This document shows positions 24,467-38,252 of a DNA stretch of 64,000 nucleotides, one piece after another. Within the stretch, counting starts at the first letter, position 1. Every line of letters begins with the position of its first letter. This DNA comes from Camelus dromedarius. Lineage: Eukaryota. The notes beneath the pieces are model-generated. The model ran no database searches. It was not told the DNA's origin and saw only the letters and a program-made list of their open reading frames with translations. A program made the position numbers and the translations under genes. The stretch spans positions 3,658,001 to 3,722,000 of the forward strand of contig NC_087437.1 of NCBI RefSeq assembly GCF_036321535.1. Direction: 5' to 3'.

Positions 24467-26225
24467 GTTCTTGTTTTTCTCAGGTATATGCCCAGGAGTG
24501 GAATTCCTGGACCATATAGTAGTTATATATCTAGATTTTTGAGAAACTTCCATATTGTTTTCTATGGTGGCTATGCTGGTATACATTCCGACCAGCAGTA
24601 TACAAGGGTTTCCCCTTTCTCCACATCCTTGTCAATATTTGATATTTGTGTTGTTTTGGTAATGGCCATTCTGACAGATGTGAGATGGTATCTCATTGTG
24701 ATTTTGATTTGCATTCCCCTGATGTTAGTGATGTTGAGCAACTTTTCATGTTCCTGTTGACAATCTGCATTTCCTGTTTTGGAAAAATGCTTGTTCAGTT
24801 CTTCCACCCATATTTTAAATGGGTTGTTTGCTTTTTTCCTTTTTAATTGAAGTACAGTTGATTTAAAATATTGTATTAGTTTCTGGTGTTCAGCATAAAT
24901 GGACTTGGAGGGCATTATGCTAAGTGAAATAAGTCAGACAAAGACAAATATTGTAAGATATCACTTACATGTGGAATCTTAAAAAATAAAACAAACTAGT
25001 AACTGTAACAGAAAAGAAACAGACTCACAGATGTAGTGGTTACTAGTGGGGAGAGGGAAAGGGGAGGGGCAAGATGGAGGTGAAGGATCAAGAGGTACAA
25101 ACGATCAGGTATAAAATAAGCTACAAGGATGTACTGTAAAACATGAGGAATATAGCCAATATTTTATAATAACTATAAATGGAATATAATCTTTAAAAAT
25201 TGTGAATCACTACACTGTATAACTGTAACATAAAATATTGTACACTAGCTATACTTCAATCTAAAAAATATGATATCAAACTCTCAATTTATCCCTCCCC
25301 ACTCCTTTCTCCACCTGGTAACTGTAAGTTTGTTTTCTGTCTATGAGTCTGTTTCTGTTTGGTAAACAAGTTCATTTGTGTCTTCTTCTTCTTCTTTTTT
25401 TTTTTTTTTTTGATTCCACAAATGAATGTTATCTTACGGTATTTTTCTTTCTTTTTGGTTTATATCACTTAGAATGAAGATCTCCAGGTCCATCCATGTT
25501 GCTGCAAATGGCATTATTTCATTCTTTTTTATGGCTAAGTAGTATTCCATTGTATAAATATAACACAGCTTCTTTACCCAGTCATCTGTCGATGGACACT
25601 TAGGTTGCTTCCATGTCCTGGCTATTGTAAATAGTGCTGCTGTGAACACTGGGGTGCATGTATCTTTTCAAATTAGAGTTCCCTCTGGATATATGCCCAG
25701 GAGTGGGATTGCTGGATCATATGGTAAGTCTATTTTTAGTTTTTTAAGGAATCTCTATACTGTTTTCTATAGTGGCTGCACCAAACTACATTCTCACCAA
25801 AAATGTAGGAGGGTTCCTTTTTCTCCACACCCTCTCCAGCATTTATTATTTGTGGACTTTTTAATGATAGCCATTTTGACTGGTATAAGGTGATACTTCA
25901 TTGTAGGTTTGATTTTCATTTCTCTGATAATTAGTGATATTGAGCATTTTTTTCATGTGCCTATTGGCCATTTGTATGTCTTCATTTGAGAATTGATTGT
26001 TTAGGTCTTCTGACCATTTTTGGACTGGGTTGTTTTTTTTGTTGTTGTTATTAAGTTGTATAAGCTATTTACATACTCTGGAAATTAAGCCTTTGTCAGT
26101 CGCATCATTTGCAAATATTTTCTCCTAGGTTGTCTTTTTGTTTTGTTTATGGTTTCCTTTGCTGTGCAAAAGTGTGTAAGTTCAATTCAGTCCCATTTGT
26201 TTATTTTTGCTTATATTTCTATTGA
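24467..26225. mobile_element. Cluster of L1 3' fragments in alternating orientation
   Basis: Antisense ORF2 end to ~24830, antisense tail tip ~24835-24897, sense 3'UTR ~24898-25270, antisense younger L1 3' region ~25275-26225. Confidence 0.8.
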
Positions 26226-28789
26226 GGTTCAGGCCATTTAAATCTTGCTTAAACATTTAGCCTTATTCCATTTGGAGAACCAATGTCAACACAAAAAAAT
26301 CTGGAAACTCTACTTAAAAATGCTTGCTCAGCAGTCTGGGGTGTTTATCTACAGGACAGGGTTTTAACGGGGGCAAGGTTAACGCAGCGTCTTAGAACTC
26401 CTATGCTCAAAGTCAGGACTCACTCACTTTTGGAACTGAACAACAGGAAGTGCCACCACACTGGGATGGCACCCAGAAGGTGGAGCATCACAGACCCTTC
26501 CCACTCTTCAATGCAGGGTGTCCATGGGCAGCCAAACCCCAAAGGCAAACCTCTGCTTCACAGTCCAAAGTAACTGGAATTTCAAACTCTCCAACTATCT
26601 TCAACACATTTTCAAAGCTTGGTGATTACTTTTTAAGAATTAACTAGTTTAGCTTAAGCCAAAACAATTTCCTATTGTATTTCTACAATAGAAAAAATAA
26701 TTAGGCTTCTTTTGGTTATGCTTTTACAATACTTTTACTAAAATGTTTTTCATATAATATATGTGAAAAATACATGGCACTTCTTTATATGAAAAGATCT
26801 GATCTAATGAGTAAATAAAATAGAAATCAGATAAAACTCTGATGGAACAAGCAAACATAGTGTGACTAAATGTACTATAGGTATCTGACACATTTTGTCG
26901 CAGGAAAGATTTTTTTATTTGAAACTCATGGACCAGAAAAGATTTTCTAAGACAAGTTTTGTATCCTTATTTACCTCCTAACAGTGGTTTAATAAACCAA
27001 CAGTGCCATAAATGCCTCCTAAATTCTCTCAAGATGAAATATTATTTCTAGGTGTAAATAAGGCCAGAATTAAAAAGACACACAGCGTGAAGAGATGAAC
27101 CAATGCAGCATGACCAGTGGGGAGTCATTTGTTACTGCTTTCATTGACTCTGATTCCATTTCAGAAGGCTGTTCTCTTTGGAATCCCTCAGAGGAACAAA
27201 CAGGCAGTGGGGACCACAAGGGCTTCAACTCGACTGCAGCTTCCTGATGATCTGCTGGATATTCATGAGGGGTGGAATGATTCCACCTTCAGGTTTTATT
27301 TCAGTTGTAATAATGAGTTATGAATAATTGACTACCAGGTAATAAATTATTCAGGAAGGCACACAGTTTCTGAGGAATCCTGGAGTGAGTCTGGCTAATG
27401 GCATAGATGAGCCAGTGGCAGCTGTGGAGGGGACACCCACAATCACCCCACGTGGCAGAGGCAGGGTGCTTAGGGCCTCCCAGCAGGGGCTTTTCAACGC
27501 GGGGCCATATTAATGCCTTCTGAATTAGTATAAAGTAGAAGTCCCCACAGGGTGCTCCAGTGTCTCTCTAGGGGTGTGAAATACTGAGCCCTGACCACTT
27601 TGTCCATCAGTCCAGGATAACTTTTAGCAGCTGAGTACAACCTTAGCTGCTGAAACTAGTGCTGAGCTGAAAAACTGTGAAGTCAAGAACGTATGTGGGT
27701 AGACACACACACACACACAAACAAATACGAATATCCACTTGTATGCTTATGTATATACACATATACACACAATTTTATGTTTATGTACATATATACACAG
27801 GTGCACACACACACACAAACACACACAGTTTTTATGATTATTAAGGGCTGGCAAAATAATGCTGAAATAACCTTTTCCTGGAGGAAATTATCTATGGATA
27901 TGTTTTCAAAACCTTTTGAATATCACTTACCCCAAAACTCAACTTCTTTAAAGATAGCAAGGCTTACTTTAAAATCACTTTAGATATGTGTCAAGTTCCA
28001 CCCATATCAAGTATCTAAAATGCTTCACTTCCTAAGTAATGTTTAACTGCCTCGTAAAAGCACTTGTCATTGATCCTTCTCTGGATTTTCATTTCTCAAA
28101 CAATTCTAAAAATAACAGAAATTACTAATTAGAGCTCAATAATCACTGTCCTGAAATATCTTTGAGAGAGCACATGAATTAAAATCAGCTGGTCAACAAA
28201 TAGTAAATCCAATATTGTAGAAGCTGGATAGGCTGATCTTGGCCCCAAACCCACAGTATCTGTACTGCGCGAGGCCCACGAGCGGGAGGACACAGGGAGA
28301 GGAGAGAGTGGGAATGAAGGGCTGTCAGGCCAAGGTCTCCCTCAATCTGCCCTGAGGGGAGGCAGGTATGCTACATGTTCAGGTTTTTAGGAGTTTCTCC
28401 GAACTCAAACCAATAGGGAAGTAGAAACATCAATTAAACTTCCATTAAAATGCTGGGTGCTAACTACATGCGGAAAGTTGAAGAAACTGACATCCACATT
28501 CTAATCAAAGCTTCAATGTTCCACAGGTTCTAGTCTTAGAAATTTGGAAACCTAGAACATATGAATTTAACCTTCCTTCCTCACTTGCTCAATGACGGTC
28601 ATGAAAAACAAAGCCTATGATTTTTCTCTGAAAACAAGAAGACTGATTGGTCTGAACCCAAAGATTAAAAAGCAACATTCAGCTTAAGCTGTCAGTTTCA
28701 CAATGATTATCACTAGCAACTGCTAAATCAACCAGTTTAACAGCCTTAGAGGTTTCATATTTCATGGTCCAGGGTTTGCCTTTTCTAAA

Positions 28790-28940
28790 CACATTTATTT
28801 AGGTATAATTGACATGTGATATACACTGCATATATTTAAAATACATAATTTGATAAGGTTTGACTATGGATAGGCGCATGAAACCATCTCCACAATTGTG
28901 GTAATGAGCATGCCTACCATTCCTAAAGTTTCCTCATTGC
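28790..28940 (-). mobile_element. Short old L1 3' terminal fragment
   Basis: tttatttaggtataattgacatgtgatatacactgcatatatttaaa...catgaaaccatc. Confidence 0.65.
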
Positions 28941-31900
28941 TCAGGGTTTGCTTTTTTAGTAACTAAAATCTTGGGTGGTTTTTTCACATAATTACTAAAT
29001 AGTAGCTCTCCTGTACTAATAAGTATGTCCCATAACATGTCAAAAGTTTTATAACTGTTCATTCACACTCATGAGTATCAGGTAATAGGGGCTATGAAAG
29101 CAGCTGAGGAATAAGAAGTGATAGCATTCTTGTTAAACTATGAAATAGAAATTGAGTATCACAGTATTGCAAAGCGACGAGGTCACCATATTGACTGCTT
29201 ATTTTCAATACTGTAAGAAATTGTACAATGCACAATTAGTGTGTAGTACACATACTTTTAGAAATCTTTGGTGTCAACTATAGCTATTTCCCATATAAAC
29301 ATAAATTTACAAATCAGAAGTTCTAAAAGCTAAGCTTAGGAATAATTGACCAAGAAACTAAGAGCAATGGAAGGCTTGCTGCTTCCTCCCTTGCTGACTC
29401 CCATGTCAGGCACGTGACTCTGACTTCACTACTTAGACATGGGTGTCATGGTAACTGAACTTACTTCCCAGGAAAATCAGCTCAAGAGTAATAAAGTGAG
29501 CCAGAAACTCATTTTAACCTGAGTTTTCCACCTTTTCCTTTGATTAAGTTATAGATAAATCTCACTCCAAATTATTTAAAAGTGAACGGTGTCACAATTC
29601 AAATTTTCAGTTCCCAATAGTGAGCACTAGCCAAAGCTGCCCACATCTACTCCCAGGTCAATGCATGTGTCAAAGAAGGAGCCAGATCAGTTCCGAAGGG
29701 AAAGGACTGGGACGCCAGAGCCAGTGACAGCCCAGGGAGCTGCGTGCTGCGCCCCGACCAGGAAGTAGTCTGCGTGTCCCACCGATACTGTTGGAGGGAA
29801 GGGTCTCCCCAGCAGAACAAGAACAAGAAGGGCCAGCTACAGACCATACTAGAGGTATGCTTTGGGGTCAGGAAATTAAAATTAGCCTGAAAGATAGTGT
29901 GACATCAGCCATTAAAAACCTTGGATTTGGTCATTGGGGTTCCTCTGGAATCTATTAAAAATCAGCTCAGTCTTTGCGATAACACATCTTGCCACAAAAA
30001 AAGTCCTTCCTTTGTTACCGGGAGAAAACAAAACTTGACCTGTCCTACACTCATGAAGTTTTGTTTCTTGCATATTATGCATTCATCCTTAAAATATTTT
30101 GTTTTATTTATTGAATAAATGAGGCAAAATCACATTTGAAATCATAGGCACAAATTCATCATCCATGAATCTTGTGTTTTTAAAACCTGGGGGAGTCAAC
30201 AATGATAATGTAAAGGACGAGCATTTCATATTACATTTAAAAATTACTATTTACAAAAATCGCTTAGATATCCCTCCCCTCATCTCATACATTCAAATGA
30301 AGACTAGTATTTCTTATTTCCTGGGGATATTACTCAGTGTTTGCAGAACCATTAGCTTCCCTCCTCACAAATCCACTAAAACAATACATTGGAAGAACAG
30401 AGTGGTTGGCAGAAGTAAAGAATTTAAACAGCCAGTCTCAAAATCTAATAAACACGTTACAGTGATTTTTCTACATTCTTCTCCTGTCAACAGTCTATCT
30501 GTGGTATTTTAAACAGATTACTTTCATTTTCTTTCAAATAACGTAAGAAAAAAGCATTGGAAAAAAAGGGCTTCTTGTGTGCTGTTGTCTTCCTGCTAAA
30601 TGCTTTTGGTGATTCGGTCTTCAAAGTAAGCTTCTTTGGCCCCCTGCCCAAGCCAAAATGAAACTGAGGGTTTCCCTGCATCCTACTCATCCTAAAATAT
30701 TTATTTATTAGTCATCTCTCATCTGTAAATGTTAGAAACCAGATAAAAAGCTCATGGCTTCTTTTATGCTAATATGTGCAGCAAAGCAGCCTCAGGAAAA
30801 TGTAAATCATTTACCCTTAATGTTGACTTCATTATGCTGACTGAGGTAAGTCAAAGTGTGCACCTGCCGTCTCTGTCCATTCCAGCTCTCAGACCTTAAA
30901 TAAATGTAAGACAGCCAGAAGCTCAGAGGCTTGAGTTACTGCAGACCAAGAACTGGAAACACCAAAGTGAAGTCCAAGTTCAAATGTAGCCTGCCCAGAT
31001 TTACCTGGGGGGTGGGGAGTGTCTGTGCACACTGTCCTCCAGAACGTGAAATATTTTACAAGAGATTTCAAGATGCATTCATATTATAATCTCTTAAAAG
31101 ACTGAAGATTTTAAGGGGGAAAAAAACCTGATCACTACAATGGAAAACTGAAGAAAACTGTATCTTTTGACAGGGCAAAATGGAAAGAAATCATTAGTTT
31201 CCCCCAAATAGCTTTCATAACTCTCCCCTGCATAAACCACTGAATCCTATTGCATTAATGCAGCCCACTCAAGAACCCGATTCTACTGTCACACATTCCC
31301 ACTGGAGAGAACTCCTGCTCATAATATAGAAATAATAGCTTTAATAAGAGTACAGAGAATAGGCTAAAAGTGGACTCATTAAATCTACCAATGTTTTATT
31401 CAGAATGACTCAAAACTGAAAGTAAGGATACGCAAAAATAATTCAGTAAATCAGACAGAAATCCATAAATAGGTGTTATTAGGTGCAATATATAAACACA
31501 GTAGCTTTGCTGAAGGCTCTTTGCTATTAAATAGCAGAAATTACTGTCACACTCTGAGTCACTGAAAGGTTGTTTCAAATATTACAAAGTCTATGCATTC
31601 TAGTAAGAACTATTACTCATTTTTAATTATTTTTGACACTGGAAGGCTACTCTAATCAATTTATTAATTCTCTAAGAGAAAATAACATTCATTTTTATAA
31701 ACAGTGAGAACTTATACACAGAAAGGGAGGCTTTTCATTCCTTACAGTATGAAAACTGATTCTCCATTTCTTAATGTGTCAGAAATAAACTCGAAAATGG
31801 ATGAAATCCTTTTTTCCTAATTGCTACTGAGCAGCTCAGCAAACGCAGCCATCCTCTACAACATGCTTCCATGGAAAGCACGGGTGCCCACCACTGCTCA

Positions 31901-32227
31901 GGGACTGAAGCTTGGTTCTTCATTTGTTTTCCAGACTTACACCACTGGCAGAAAGGCTATGCTGAGACAGTTATTACATGAAATTTCTGAGGATGCAAAA
32001 AGGCCTGAGAGTTTTTCACTAGTACTTCAAAGAGGGTACCAGAATCTACACACCCGGAAAGAAGAAGCTACTGAAGTCACCCAGTGGACTACTACTATAC
32101 AGGCATTTAAAATGTTTTCAAGAGTATTCGAGAAGATGGGGAAATATTTATATTTCAGTGCTTCAGAAAAAAAAGATGAAAAATGATAGACACTGACCAG
32201 AACTGCTCTCCCATCCTTTTACCTAGT

Positions 32228-32402
32228 TCAGTGGTCCTCAAAGTGTAGCACTCAGGCTGGCAGCAATAGCCGTTAGAAACGGAAATTCTCCAGCCCCACT
32301 CAGTCTTGCTAAAACAGAAGTTTAGGAGTACAGCCCAGCAATCTTGTGTATCAACCTGCCCTCCAGACAGTTTTGATGCCTAATAAAGTGTGCAAATCAC
32401 TG
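32228..32402. mobile_element. MER5A-like hAT MITE
   Basis: cagtggtcctcaaagtg...gttagaaacggaaattctc...aagtgtgcaaatcactg with cagtg/cactg termini. Confidence 0.7.
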
Positions 32403-32721
32403 GCTACTTCTTAATCTTCTTGAGGTCTCAGCTGAAACATCATGTTCTTAGGGAAGCCTTGCCTCAGCTGGACAGACCCCGCCAGCTGAGCAAAGTCTGT
32501 GTACCTAGAGCAACCAAGCCTTTTCTTTCATTGTTGTTACAGCAGTTTGTAATTATTTACTTTTATGATCATACAATTAGTGTTTCTCCTATTGGACCAG
32601 ATACTCTCAAGCCTAGCTGAACATTCAAATCACCTGGAAGCTCTCAAAAAATCCAGATGCCTGGGGTGTGGCCCAACTAAAACACAATGTATTGGGGTCT
32701 GACTTAAACATGTGTATTTTT

Positions 32722-32851
32722 TCTTTCTTTTTGTTAATTGAAATATAGTTGATGTACAATATTATGTTAGTTTCAGGTGTACTACATAGAGATTTGACAT
32801 TTGCATGCATTATGAAATCATCACCATGAAAAGTCTAGCGACCATCTAAAC
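32722..32851 (-). mobile_element. Very short 5'-truncated L1 tail
   Basis: taattgaaatatagttgatgtacaatattatgttagtttcaggtgtac; flanked by gtgtattttt at 32712-32721 and 32852-32861. Confidence 0.7.
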
Positions 32852-33856
32852 GTGTATTTTTAATATTATTTACTGTTCAGCCATGGTTCAGAACCACCCA
32901 ACTCAAGTTCCTTGAAGAGCAGGTGACCAGAAAACAGTGAACAGATTTGGTGAATAAATATGTAGCATTTTTAAAATTTACTTTGTGGATTTCTCTAAGC
33001 TTGCACATAGTACAAAATTCCAATTTCCAAATGTACCAAAAGGGTTCAGTGAAAAGTAAGTCTCCTTCACTCTTTGTCCTCCATCTCTGACACAATCGCT
33101 GTGACCAATGCCATGTTTCTTTAGAAGAGTAAATAAATATTTGTCAACACATACAGAAAAGACCAGAAGTTGGACAGCAGGGTTACAGATTATTTTCTTG
33201 CTTTATGCATGCCTGCGCTTTTTGTCAAACAAATATATTACTTTCAATATTGGAAAAGGAGGTAACCAGGGGTTAACATTAAGTACGTGCATCTGGAGCT
33301 GTTCAGGAGACACACTGGCTCTGAGGGCTCCCTGGAAAACGGTCCCTTGGGATGATGTTCTCTGCTAAGAAGAAGAGACCCTTTATCTGGCTTAACTGAG
33401 GAACCGTCTAACTATTTCACCTACTTTGTTTTAGTTATATTTTCACTTCTGATTAGATATTCAACTTCTCCAGACTCACACCAGAAAATGGTGGGAAGGC
33501 ACATGAAAGGAGATACTATTCATCCCAGGCCCAGAATTAAGATGTGGCATCATGATGTGTTGATTCATCTTGTCTAGTCTGGTTAACCTAAGGACCTCAC
33601 CGAGACTGACCAACTCCAGGTGTATTAGATGAAAAGCTGAGAAATGAATCCTAATGTGGCGGCTTAACTGTGGTTCTGTCCTTCAAATCCTGGACCCTTC
33701 GACCCACCCCTGTTAGTGATTACATCTCAACACAGTACTAGGGTACTGGGCTGGAAGCCTGAGGTGCTCTCAGGAGTGACCGAGGTAAGAAGATATTTAG
33801 CTTTGCAATAATGGACCCAGACTGTTGGGTTTTTTATTTTTGTTATTGCTCCCTTA

Positions 33857-36800
33857 CTTTTTCTTTAATTGAAGTAGAATTGATTTATAATATTGTGTTA
33901 GCTTCTGGTGTTCAACAGTGACTGAGTTATACATATACATATATATACTTATTCTTTTTCATATTCTTTTCCATTATGGTTTATTACAGGATATTGAATA
34001 TAGTTCCCTGTGTGTTGTTTATCTATTTTACATACAGTAGTTTGTATCTGTTAATCCCAAACTCCTAATTTATCCCTCCCCCATTTTCCCCCTTTGGTAG
34101 CCATAAGTTTCTTTTCTATGTCTGTGAGTCTGTTTCTGTTTTGTAAATAAGTTCATTTGTGTGTGTCATTTTTTAAAAGATTCCATATGTGATATCATAC
34201 AGTATTTTTCTTTCTCTTTCTGGCTTATTTCACTTAGTATGATAATCTCTAGGTCCATCCATGTTGCTGCAAATGGCATTATTTTATTCTTTTTATGGCT
34301 GAGTAGTATTCCACTGTGTATATATACCACAACTTATTTATCCAATCATCTGTCGATGGACATTCAGGTTGTTTTCATGTCTTGGCTATTGTAAATAGTG
34401 CTAAGAACATTGGGATGCATGTGTCTTTTCAATTAGAGTTCCCTCCGGATATATACCCAAGAATGGGAATGCTGGATCATATGGTAAGTCTATTTTTAGT
34501 TTACTAAGGAATCTCCACCTGTTTTCCATAATGGCTGCACCAATTTACATTTCCATCAATAATGTAGGAGAGTTGAGCATCTTTTCACATGCCTGTTGGC
34601 CATCTATATGTCTTCTTTGGAGAAATGTCTATTTAGCCCTTCTGCCCATTCTTAGATTGGGTGGTTGTTGTTTTTGTTATTAAGTTATATGAGCTGTTGT
34701 CTTTTCATTTTGTTTATAGTTTCCTTTGCTGTGCAAAATCTTATGTTTGATTAGATCTATTTATTTTTGCTTTATTTCTATTGCCCTAGGAGAACACTGC
34801 TACAATTTATGTCAGAAAATGTTTTGCCTGTGTTCTCTTCTAGGAATTTTATGGTGTCATAATTATATTTAAGTCTTTAAGCCATTTTGAGTTTATTTTT
34901 GTGTATGATGTGAGGGAGTGTTCTAACTTCATTGATTTACATGCAGCTGTCCAGGTTTCCCAACATCACTTGCTGAAGAGACTGTATTTTCTCCAATGTA
35001 TATTTTTGCCTCCTCTGTTGTAGATTAATTGACCATAAGCGTGTGGGTTTATTTCTGGGCTCTCTATTCTATTCCATTGATCCATGTGTCTGTTTTTCTG
35101 CCAGTACCATGCTGTCTTGATTACTGTAGCTCTGTAGCATTGTCTGAAGTCTGGGAGGGTTATTCCTCTAGCTTCGTTCTTTTTCTTCAGTATTGCTTTG
35201 ACAATTCTGGGTGTTTTAAAGTTTCATACAAATTTTGGGATTATCTGTCTAGCTCTGTGAAAAATGTCCTGAGTAATATGATAGGGATTGCATTAAATCG
35301 GTAGATTGCTTTAGGTAGTATGGCCATTTTAACTATTAATTCTTTCAATCCAAGAGCACAGGGTATCTTTCCATTTCTTTGAACCATTTTCAATCTCCTT
35401 TATCAGTATTTCATAGTTCTCAGAAAATAAGTCTTTCACCTCCTTGATCAGTATTTTATTTTTTGATGCAATTTTAAAAGGCATTATAATACCAAAACCA
35501 GGCAAAGACATCACCAAAAAAGAGAATTACAGACCAATATCACTGATGAACATAGATGCAAAAATCCTTACCAAAATATTATCAAATAGAATCCAACAGC
35601 ACATAAAAAAGATTATACATCATGATCAAGTGGGCTTCATCCCAGGGACACAAGGGTGGTTCAACATACACAAATCAATCAATGTAATACATCACATCAA
35701 CAAGAGAAAGGACAAAAACCACATGATCATCTCAATAGATGTAGAAAAAGCATTTGATAAAATCCAATACCCATTTATGATAAAAACTCACCAAAGTGGG
35801 TATAGAGGAAGCATATCACGTAAGATATATATGACAAACCTACAGTCAGCATAGTGCTTAACAGTGAAAAACTCAAAAGCTTCCCACTAAAATCTGGGAC
35901 AAGACAAGGCTGCCCACTATCACCACTCCTATTCAACATAGTCTTGGAAGTCCTAGCCACAGCGATCAGGCAAGAGAGAGAAATAAAAGGGATCCAAATT
36001 GAAAAAGAAGAGAGAAAAGTGTCACTACATGGAGATGACATGATACTATATATAGAAAATCCTAAAAGGTCCACACAAAAACTACTAGAGCTGATTGAAG
36101 AATTCAGCAAGGTAGCAGGTTACAAGATTAACGTTCAAAAATAAGTTGCATTTCTTTACATTAATGATAAATCAACAGAAAAAGAAAGCAAAGAACCAAT
36201 CTCCTTTAAAATAGCACCCAGAGTAATAAAATACCAAGGAATAAATCTAACCAAGGAGGTGAAAGACTTATACACAGAAAACTATAAAACACTGATTAAG
36301 GAAATTAAAGAAGACTTAAAAAAAGTGAAAAGATATCCCATGCTCCTGGATTGGAAGCAAAATAAACTCAAAATGGATCAAAGACTTAAATAAGACAAGA
36401 CACAATAAGCCTCCTAGAAGAAAACATAGGCAAAACATTATCTCACATACATCTCAGCAATGCTCTCCTAGGGCAGTCTACCCAAGCAACACAAATAAAA
36501 GCAAGAATAAACAAATGGGACCTAATGAAACTTAAAAGCTTCTGCACAGCAAAGGAAACCATAAGTAAAACAAAATGACAACCTATGAAATGGGAGAAAA
36601 TGTATGCAAATGTAACCGACAAAGGCTTGATCTCCAGAATATACAAGCAGCTCATACGACATAATAAGAAACAAACAATCCAATCCAAAAATGGGCAAAA
36701 GACCTAAACAAGCAATTCTCAAATGAAGACATACAAATGATCAATAGGCACATGAAAAAACGCTCAATATTAGTGACACTAATTATCAAAGAAATGCAAA

Positions 36801-37748
36801 TCAAAACTGCAATGAGTTTTCACCTCACACCAGCCAGAATGGCCATCATTCAAAAGTCCACAAATGACAAATGCTGGAGAGGCTGTGGAGAAAAGGGAAC
36901 CCTCCTACACTGCTGGTGGGAATGCAGTTTGGTGCAGCCACTGTGGAAAACAGTATGGAGATTCCTCCAAAGACTAGGAATAGACTTACCGTATGACCCA
37001 GGAATCCCACTCCTGGGCATGTATCCAGAAGGAACCCTACTCCAAAATGACACCTGAACCCCAGTTTTCATAGCAGCACTATTTACAATAGCCAAGACAT
37101 GGAAACAGCTTAAATGTCCATCAACAGATAACTGGATAAAGAAGAAGTGGTATATTTATACAATGGAATACTATTCAGCCATAAAAATGACAACATAACG
37201 CCACTTGCAGCAACGTGGATGTTCCTGGAGAATGTCATTCTAAGTGAAGTAAGCCAGAAAGAGAAAGAAAAATACCGTATGAGATCACTCATATGTGGAC
37301 TCTAAAATCAATCAATCAATCAATTAATCATAAATACAAGACAGAAACAGACTCACAGACATAGAATACAAACTTGTGGTTGCCAAGGCGGCAAGGGGTG
37401 GGAAGGGATAGACTGGGAGTTCAAAATTTGTACATATTGACAGGCATATGTAGAATAGATAAACAAGATTATACTGTATAGCACAGGGAAACATACACAA
37501 GATCATGTGGTAGCTCACAGCGAAAAAAAATGTGACAATGAATATATGTATGTTCATGTATAACTGAAAAATTGTGCTCTACACTGGAATTTGACACAAC
37601 ATTGTAAAATGACTATAACTCAATAAAAAAAGTTTAAAAAAATAAAAATCATTGCATTTTTACTTTCTCTTTCTGCTATTTCATTGTTAGTGTAAAGAAA
37701 CGCAACAGTTTTCTGTACGTTAATCGTGTATCCTGCTACCTTGCCGAG
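33857..37748 (-). mobile_element. Older antisense LINE-1 (3' part) interrupted by a younger sense L1
   Basis: Tail at ~33857, ORF2 remnants to ~35486, resuming at ~37650-37748 (tcattgttagtgtaaagaaacgcaac...tatcctgctacc). Confidence 0.8.
35487..37648 (+). mobile_element. Younger 5'-truncated LINE-1 (RT domain, internal deletion, 3'UTR, A-tail)
   Basis: [27 protein letters not shown]...DQVGFIPG...[21 protein letters not shown]...GDDMILY; jump at ~36358; AATAAA and A-rich tail at 37622-37648. Confidence 0.93.
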
Positions 37749-38217
37749 AGTAACTTCTTAGCTTATCAGAATCTTGTGGTTTAAAAATAATTGACAGCTT
37801 GACAAAAGTATAAAATTATGAACTAGAATTAGAACAATATTTAGGAAAGTGAGTTAACACTACCACATCTTCTTATCCATTAGACCAGAGTTTTCTATAA
37901 TTATGAAAGAAAATATTTCCAAATATTGTATTATGAATTTTATGACACAGAATATAAGGTAAAAACCTCTACCTCATTCATTACTTAAGCTTAATTTTAT
38001 TCTACTGTGCTTACTGAAAAAATGTCAGATTTTTTTTGCCAAAAAAAAAAACAACCCCTCTCTCCAAGCATACATTTATCAAGTGTAGTGCCGGTGGCTT
38101 TTATTTTTTAGTCCCATAGCAAATGCAGAAAGTCAATAAAAATGTAAAGGAATGTGGTATTTTCATTGTAATTAAAATCCACAAATTGATAGTATATGAC
38201 AAACGTCAATGGTAGAG

Positions 38218-38252
38218 TGGTGCCCCCAAGTGGCAAAGTGATAAACTGCAAC
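38218..38252 (-). promoter_or_regulatory. Candidate CTCF site with upstream motif
   Basis: Minus strand TTGCAGTTTATCACTTTGCCACTTGGGGGCACCA: core CCACTTGGGGGCA preceded by a TGCAG module. Confidence 0.55.
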
